Shown here piece by piece: positions 14,051 to 19,722 of a stretch of 19,722 nt of DNA (the first letter of the stretch is position 1; the number at the start of each line of letters is the position of its first letter). This DNA comes from a virus (Duplodnaviria; Heunggongvirae; Uroviricota; Caudoviricetes). The position numbers and the translations under genes were made by a program. Under the pieces are notes generated by a model. It was not told the origin of the DNA. It searched no databases and was given only the letters and a program-made list of their open reading frames with translations. The stretch lies in IMG/VR virus record IMGVR_UViG_3300021319_000003; one strand, given 5' to 3'.

Positions 14051-14647
14051 ATGCTTGATACGATTTTGAGTATGCTGCTTGGCATAGACCCGGAAAGAAT
14101 CAATAGACCAAAAAAGCCAACAAAGAATGAACTCAAAGAAGGTATTATCCGTCCTTTTCCTGACGCTCCAGTAAAGATTGATTTCTTTGAGGACAGACTG
14201 TACGGAAGATGCACCCCGAAATATGTTGCTGTACCATACGGAAGAATGTTCACGCGGAGTGAGGAGACAGTCCTTGCAAATGCAATGGTTGACACTTGCG
14301 TCTCTTTCTATGGTGAGCGTATGTATAAAGAAACTCTTGATGGCTTCAGGAATTTTATCATAAGAAAATGCAAGTTAGCTGGTCTGCGGGAGAACCACAA
14401 CACTTCTGATTCATACGGCACGCCACAGGAACAGCTGGACGCCATAAACAGTTATGTGGAAAGAGAGTTCTGTGGGCGGGAGCTTAGAGAAACGCCGATG
14501 GACAGATATTACGATGCTTATCGTGACGTTCAGGCAATTCATAAGATAACTATGATGGAAGAAAGCCGAAAGGCTGTAAGAATGGCGGAAGAGGAAGAGA
14601 AAAAACGTAAGGAAGAATACCAGAAATATAAAAATATCTGGTATTAA
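14051..14647 (+). CDS. Hypothetical protein, 198 aa
   Basis: GAAGGGAAG RBS; charged C-terminal helix. Confidence 0.8.
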   Translation: MLDTILSMLLGIDPERINRPKKPTKNELKEGIIRPFPDAPVKIDFFEDRLYGRCTPKYVAVPYGRMFTRSEETVLANAMVDTCVSFYGERMYKETLDGFRNFIIRKCKLAGLRENHNTSDSYGTPQEQLDAINSYVEREFCGRELRETPMDRYYDAYRDVQAIHKITMMEESRKAVRMAEEEEKKRKEEYQKYKNIWY

Positions 14648-14667
14648 GGCGAAAAAGGTGATAGAAT

Positions 14668-14844
14668 ATGAAAGTAAGAGACTTACGTGAGATTCTGGAA
14701 CATATGCCGGATGAATATGTCATCTCGGTGTCCAAAGAGAATGCATATGGCTGGTACAAAAAAGATGGCAGTAAGCGTACAGGCTGCGTAGTGTTCCTGG
14801 ATGACGAGAATGCAATCGTTATCGAAAAGGATACGGCAGCATAA
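14668..14844 (+). CDS. Small hypothetical protein, 58 aa, ends -DTAA (not in ORF track)
   Basis: AAAGGTG RBS; MKVRDLREILEHMPDEYVISV is a typical phage N-terminus. Confidence 0.75.
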   Translation: MKVRDLREILEHMPDEYVISVSKENAYGWYKKDGSKRTGCVVFLDDENAIVIEKDTAA

Positions 14845-14871
14845 GCAAATAGAGAATAGGAGTCAATAACC

Positions 14872-15228
14872 TTGAAGAAAAAGATTTTAGGCATTTTAGG
14901 CGCAATCGTTCTTGCAAGCGCGAGCGTAGCGAGCGCAGGAGAAGTTATATCCCATGCAGAAATGCGTGGTGTCATTAAGGCGAATCATGCAGATTTTATC
15001 TACTGTGTGGAAACCTACCGAGCTAATATTTTCCACGCAGAGTCTCTGGATGATATTGTAGAATACTACATGCAGAAGAATACCTACAGCATCCGCGAAC
15101 ACAATGAATTCAAGGAAGGTATCATGGAGGCAAATCCGTGGCTTTACGACCGTGAAAATGCGCGCGGCCAGATTATGGTAGACGCCGGCGAAGAAATTGT
15201 CGTGTACTACTGGAAAAAATGTAAATAA
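14872..15228 (+). CDS. Exported protein with a signal peptide and a probable degenerate LysM domain
   Basis: AGGAG RBS with TTG start; signal peptide MKKKILGILGAIVLASASVASA; ESLDDIVEYY...IMEANPWL...GEEIVV resembles LysM (GDTL..IA..Y...I...N......G..L.I). Confidence 0.6.
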   Translation: MKKKILGILGAIVLASASVASAGEVISHAEMRGVIKANHADFIYCVETYRANIFHAESLDDIVEYYMQKNTYSIREHNEFKEGIMEANPWLYDRENARGQIMVDAGEEIVVYYWKKCK

Positions 15229-15243
15229 GGAGGGAGAAAGACA

Positions 15244-16026
15244 ATGACAGAGGCGCAGAGAAAATTATGCATTACGGCCATGCCCTATATTGGAAGAGAC
15301 CGCGCTTACCAAGCTCTTCGAGACGCAGTTCTCTACGATGTAGAACTGAAAGATGACATGGAAATTGACGATATACTTCAAGAAGCCGCCAATTATACAG
15401 CCGAAAAACTCCTTTGGGATGAGGCTGCGTATGATAAGCTCATCGGCAACAAAACTTTGATAAAAATCCTTATGACAGTAGGAATTCCAGTCCTTTTGGA
15501 AGAAAAAGGCGGGTATACTGCATTAAATATGGCATACCATGCCCCCGATGAAGATGAGGAAAACGGTACGCAACTGGATAACATGATGAGAGATGTATTA
15601 TCTTTAGTTCTGTATACCTATACTTACATCTACAAAACAAACATTTCTTTACTCAAAGGGTTTATCCATAGGAAATATCATGAGGCGAAGCTAAGAGAAG
15701 AAAGCGTCCTTACCGAGTACCCGGAAGCTGAAATCGATGAGCTTGTGAATAATTTGAGCGATTTCCATGTTAATGCAGCGGAGTTTATGGAATGCTGCGA
15801 GAAAGCTTTTACGGGGCGGAAAGATAAAGTTGTAACTTTGTCCATTGTAGTGGATGAAGATGCTGACGCAACAGAAATTCATGATGCGCTAAGTTCTTTG
15901 GATTGGATTCGTAGCGTTTGTGTTAAAGATGAGGCCACGATTCCTATTACAGCCGTAAAAACAGACAAGGAAGAACATGAAAAGAGCATCTTTGATAGTC
16001 AGGATATAGTAAGTGTATCACTGTGA
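15244..16026 (+). CDS. Hypothetical protein, 260 aa
   Basis: AGGAGGGAG RBS. Confidence 0.85.
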   Translation: MTEAQRKLCITAMPYIGRDRAYQALRDAVLYDVELKDDMEIDDILQEAANYTAEKLLWDEAAYDKLIGNKTLIKILMTVGIPVLLEEKGGYTALNMAYHAPDEDEENGTQLDNMMRDVLSLVLYTYTYIYKTNISLLKGFIHRKYHEAKLREESVLTEYPEAEIDELVNNLSDFHVNAAEFMECCEKAFTGRKDKVVTLSIVVDEDADATEIHDALSSLDWIRSVCVKDEATIPITAVKTDKEEHEKSIFDSQDIVSVSL

Positions 16027-16060
16027 GAGTATACAGCTTCTGAGAAAGGTGTAAGTAAAA

Positions 16061-17357
16061 GTGGCAAAGAAGTATTTGTATAAAGGTAAGGAATACCGTT
16101 TTGGTGAATTAGCGAAGCTTGCTAAATGCAGTAAGAAAGCACTCGAATCCCGTTTAAAAAAAGGCTGGGACGTTGAAAAAAGCTATTAACACGCCTCAAC
16201 TCAGAGATGTTAAAAGGCGCGGTTTTAAGCTTGAGTATAACGGAAAAATGGTTTCTGTATCACAGCTATCAAAAGAGACTGGAATTAGCACACACCTTAT
16301 ATGGAAACGGATTGATGAAGGAAAGACTGTAGAGGAGATTATAGAAAAACCATATACTAACACAAAAGTGTATGAAATAAAAAAAGGACTTTGTACCCGT
16401 CACGAAATTAATCAGATGGCCAAGGATAGCTCATTAAGCTATAACACAATCGGTAAGCGCTTGTTTGATGGCTGGAGTATTGAAGAAGCTTTGAATACGC
16501 CGGTTCTTCCCGGCGTACGCCGGGAAATGCGATTCCGTGTAATGTACAAGGGAAAAGACTACACAATGAAGGAACTTTCCCAGTTACCAGAATGTGTAGT
16601 GAGTGCAGACCTACTTACCTCCAGGATTAAAAATGGAGGATGGGATGTAGAAAAAGCTATCACAACCAAACCTTTGTCAGGGGCAGAGCGTATGCAAATG
16701 GCACGAGAAAAAGGAATGTTATTAGGACGTACTGCAAAAAAATACACATATAAAGGTAAGGAATACACATTAAGAGAGCTATTGGCCTTGCCGGAATGTG
16801 AAGTACAGCAATACAACACTCTTTGTAGTAGAATCAACCAAAGGGGATTAAGCGTCGAAGAAGCATTAAAAGTAAAGCGCGGAGAAAAGTATAGATATCA
16901 TGGAAAACTGTTGACTGTAAGTGAGCTTGCCAAATTACCTGAGTGTAAAGTATGCGTAAAGACCTTAAGAGACAGACTCCGGAATGGAATGGCGGTAGAA
17001 AAAGCGCTTACACTGCCACGAGAAGGAAAAACATACGAATACAAAGGGCGGTATTATTCAATCAAAGAACTTGCAGAATTGCCAGAATGCAAAGTACAGC
17101 AACAAGTGTTGTATAAGAGACTAAAAACTGAATGTGCAGAAGAAGCTATTAGTCGCCTCCCTGACCGTAGTGGTCCAAAGGGCAATAAAGTGTATCGGTA
17201 TAACGGTGCCAGCTACACAGTCACCGAATTGGCTGCTATGCCTGAATGTCAGGTAAGCATGCCAGCGCTATATGCAAGGCTCAAAAAAGGAGATAGTGTT
17301 GAAGGTGCAATGGGGGCTTTACGCAAAAGAGGATGTAAAGCCAAGAAAACATCTTGA
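16061..17357 (+). CDS. Tandem 8-repeat HTH-like DNA-binding protein, split by one extra A at 16176-16181
   Basis: GAAAGGTG RBS with GTG 16061. Repeat unit Y.Y.G..YT..EL..LPEC.V....L..RL..G..VE.A...P. Repeat 1 (16061-16189) is one base out of frame with repeats 2-8. Confidence 0.75.
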
Positions 17358-17376
17358 TGGAAAAATGGAGGTAGGC

Positions 17377-17574
17377 ATGAGATATGAAGATTTAACGGAC
17401 AGGCTTATGGAGGCAAAAGATATGACGCTTACCGGCCATGAAGCATGGCACCTATACCTCAAACTTTGCCAGTTGGAGGAGTTAAAGGAGCAGAGCCGAA
17501 AGCTGCATAAGATTTACCATAAAATCAAAGCCGTAACAGATGAAATGGGCGAAATAAATGGGTGGGTAAGTTAA
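17377..17574 (+). CDS. Hypothetical protein, 65 aa
   Basis: GGAGGT RBS before ATG 17377; MRYEDLTDRL... Confidence 0.7.
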   Translation: MRYEDLTDRLMEAKDMTLTGHEAWHLYLKLCQLEELKEQSRKLHKIYHKIKAVTDEMGEINGWVS

Positions 17575-18012
17575 TTGGCCACATGGAAAATCACCACTCC
17601 ATCCGTATATTGGAGTAGCGCAAAAGAAAAAGAAGATAAAAGAAGAGAGCAGGCGGCAAAGACCGCCAAAAGACAAAGAAATATTCAGGCTAAAGCTGTC
17701 CGCGCAGCGAATAGGCGCAGCCGTGAAGCCGATGCACAGGCCAAAAAGGTTCGCGCATTGGTAGAAAAAATAAAAGAACTCCGAGAACGAAAGTTCAAAT
17801 GGAAAGAGATTGACATTTTAATACAGAAACCGCGCAGCATCGACTTCTATCGCAAGAATAAATATCTGTGTGAAGAAGGTGTCGTGCTGCGTGAGTTTAC
17901 ATGTGCTCAATGCAGAAAAACCGTTAGTGTTACTAACAAGTTTGATAAACGTAGAAAATTTTGCAGTACCGTTTGTGAAAAAAGATACTGGAGACATAAA
18001 AGAGGAAAATGA
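17575..18012 (+). CDS. Basic protein with an HTH-like segment and a C-terminal C4 zinc finger (putative transcription regulator)
   Basis: IKELRERKFKWKEIDILI, then FTCAQC...KRRKFCSTVCEKRYW; TTG start directly after the upstream stop. Confidence 0.7.
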   Translation: MATWKITTPSVYWSSAKEKEDKRREQAAKTAKRQRNIQAKAVRAANRRSREADAQAKKVRALVEKIKELRERKFKWKEIDILIQKPRSIDFYRKNKYLCEEGVVLREFTCAQCRKTVSVTNKFDKRRKFCSTVCEKRYWRHKRGK

Positions 18013-18013
18013 A

Positions 18014-18772
18014 ATGGATTATTGTATAGTTCAGGGTAAACTTCCGAATGAAATTTTAGAACTTGACAAAGCGATTATGGAGATGGCAGACAGCTTGGAT
18101 CTGGAAGCCTATACAACCGTAAAAAGTGCTTATCAGGCGGAAATTGATATCCTAAATGAAATGGTTTTTAAAAGCGCCCAAGAATATTGTGAACTGAAAA
18201 AGGAAAACGAAAAGCTCAAAAAAGAAAAAACGGAGATTAAGATTTGTGGTCCGGAGAGTGCAAAACGACAGACTTTCTGGGCAGACGAAGAGCAGTGGAA
18301 GTGGGTAAAAGACTTTGCTTACACAAAACGCGTTCATATCGCGGACGTAATGTGTACAGCAATTAAGCTGTTGCAGGAACAGGTGAAGGATGAAGATATC
18401 CTAACGAAGGATGAACCAAAACGTCTGGATGACCAAGGATGTTTCATCTTTTGGAATAAGCATGCCGTTATCGGCCGCACTTTGAAGCAGTGCACGAAAG
18501 CAAGCTACAAGAAAAAGAGTTATCCCATTGATGTTATTAGAAACTCAATTGACTGGTATGATGAGACAGACTTTATTCCGCAGATGCTTAAAACAGGAAA
18601 AACGCTGACGTGGGCATATAGAACAACCATTCGGCATATTGAAGAGGTCTTAAAGGAAAATAGACTGGACATCGTGCGTAAGCACAGAAAAGAACTCAGA
18701 GAGATTGTGCAGAGATTCAAAGAAACAAAAGACTGGATTCATGGAAAAGGCGTTATCCAGCTTGAAGATTGA
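18014..18772 (+). CDS. Protein with a coiled coil and an internal ribbon-helix-helix-like domain
   Basis: GAGG RBS before ATG 18014; RQTFWADEEQWKWVKDFAYTKRVHIADVMCTAIKLLQE resembles CopG/RHH beta-alpha-alpha. Confidence 0.7.
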   Translation: MDYCIVQGKLPNEILELDKAIMEMADSLDLEAYTTVKSAYQAEIDILNEMVFKSAQEYCELKKENEKLKKEKTEIKICGPESAKRQTFWADEEQWKWVKDFAYTKRVHIADVMCTAIKLLQEQVKDEDILTKDEPKRLDDQGCFIFWNKHAVIGRTLKQCTKASYKKKSYPIDVIRNSIDWYDETDFIPQMLKTGKTLTWAYRTTIRHIEEVLKENRLDIVRKHRKELREIVQRFKETKDWIHGKGVIQLED

Positions 18773-18789
18773 TAGAAAGGAAGGTAAAA

Positions 18790-18975
18790 ATGCTTGATAT
18801 CGTTAAGAATTTAAAGCGGCTTACTTACCGCATTCAGCCGGTATCACATATTCAGAAACGTGGTAAGCGGAAAAAGGAACGAGAAAGCAGACAGGTATAC
18901 CACGAAATCAACAACTATATCAGCAAGGTCAGGAAAGACCTGGGATATGGCGAAGGCCAGGAATGGCAGGCATAA
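18790..18975 (+). CDS. Small basic hypothetical protein, 61 aa
   Basis: AAAGGAAGG RBS before ATG 18790. Confidence 0.7.
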   Translation: MLDIVKNLKRLTYRIQPVSHIQKRGKRKKERESRQVYHEINNYISKVRKDLGYGEGQEWQA

Positions 18976-19004
18976 AAAGTGAATAAAAAATAGGGGAGAT
19001 TGAA

Positions 19005-19709
19005 ATGCCAAAGGAAATTACTCGCAGCGAAGCGATTGCATTGATAACCGCAGCAGTTGGTACGGTTTACAGTGAATGTTTTAATGACAATAAGCGTGAG
19101 TTGAGTAACAGTGTGCGGCGGGCAATGATGGTTGCCGGCCAGGTAAGAAACACGGATGAGAAGAGTCGGTCTTTGATTAAGCAGATGACTGAACTCAACA
19201 CCCAGATTGGTGAACTTAGCAGTGAAGCTACACAGGTGCTAAAAATCTTTGATGATATGGTTGCCATGAGCAGTGAAGGTGCAGAAAACCTTTGGAGCAG
19301 GATTCATGACTTGGAATGCGAGATTGCATCCAAAGATAGAGTAATCGCCTCCGGACATGGTGATAAAGAACGGTTGAAGGATGCGCAGAAGGATTTGGGG
19401 CTTTTACAGATTAAGCACAGAGAGCTCCAGGAATCAAACGACCGAATGAGCGAAAGCTTTCAGAGCAATGCGAATAAGTTAATTGAGCGGGTGAAAGAAG
19501 TAAACCAGCTCAAGGCAGAAAACGAACAGCTCAAGAAAAAAGCCGAGGAGCTTTACGCAGAAAATTGCGGGCTTAAGTGCAAAGTCGGCAGCGAAGATTA
19601 TGCACGTAAGGAATGGAAACGCAAATATCTTGCGATTAAGGGAAAATATGACGCTTTGGCTAAGGCTTGCGGGTTAATTACAAAAGGCCGCAAGAAGTAT
19701 GTAGCGTAA
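19005..19709 (+). CDS. Long coiled-coil hypothetical protein, 234 aa, ends -YVA
   Basis: GGGGAG RBS; heptad-like L/E/K pattern. Confidence 0.85.
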   Translation: MPKEITRSEAIALITAAVGTVYSECFNDNKRELSNSVRRAMMVAGQVRNTDEKSRSLIKQMTELNTQIGELSSEATQVLKIFDDMVAMSSEGAENLWSRIHDLECEIASKDRVIASGHGDKERLKDAQKDLGLLQIKHRELQESNDRMSESFQSNANKLIERVKEVNQLKAENEQLKKKAEELYAENCGLKCKVGSEDYARKEWKRKYLAIKGKYDALAKACGLITKGRKKYVA

Positions 19710-19722
19710 CTTTAAAAGGAAA

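Noticed and set aside
16153-16162. T TTA AAA slippery heptamer for a -1 frameshift
   Set aside because: Joining the two frames needs a +1 shift (loss of one base), so a -1 event would not restore the protein.
1-19722. Stop-codon reassignment, since the called genes end in TAA or TGA
   Set aside because: Genes are intact and tightly packed under the standard code, and no gene appears interrupted by an in-frame TAG.
1-19722. tRNA or rRNA genes, integrase, transposase, structural genes
   Set aside because: No cloverleaf with T-loop/D-loop consensus and no recognisable motifs were seen by eye.

Overview
Most likely part of a large bacteriophage genome. All supportable genes are on the + strand, densely packed, mostly small and hypothetical, and carry Firmicutes-type AGGAG(G) ribosome-binding sites. 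The host is probably Bacillota, possibly Negativicutes (inference). No structural, integrase, tRNA, rRNA or CRISPR features were seen. The window has three parts. (1) About 1-6100: a cassette of small genes, GC-richer by eye, punctuated by four copies of an element made of a 6-7 bp hairpin plus a conserved TTGTCTTGTTTWTTWTG tail. The stems vary but keep pairing, and the template-strand loop is always C(GRA)G, the architecture of N4 virion-RNA-polymerase promoters. Six of seven consecutive proteins here end in -Ala-Ala, like an ssrA/ClpXP degron, and several structured RNA-like intergenic segments are present. (2) About 6100-8237: a roughly 2.1 kb essentially non-coding block with strand-specific GCGAGC-GNA-GCGAGC hairpins (tandem sheared G.A type), direct repeats and A/T tracts. 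(3) 8238 to the end: a long run of genes behind a canonical sigma70/sigmaA promoter. It includes two RNAP alpha-CTD-like paralogs, a MYG1-family DHH nuclease, a secreted LysM-like protein, a frameshift-split 8-repeat HTH-like protein, and HTH/Zn-finger and RHH regulators. All calls come from reading the sequence by eye; no searches or folding programs were run.
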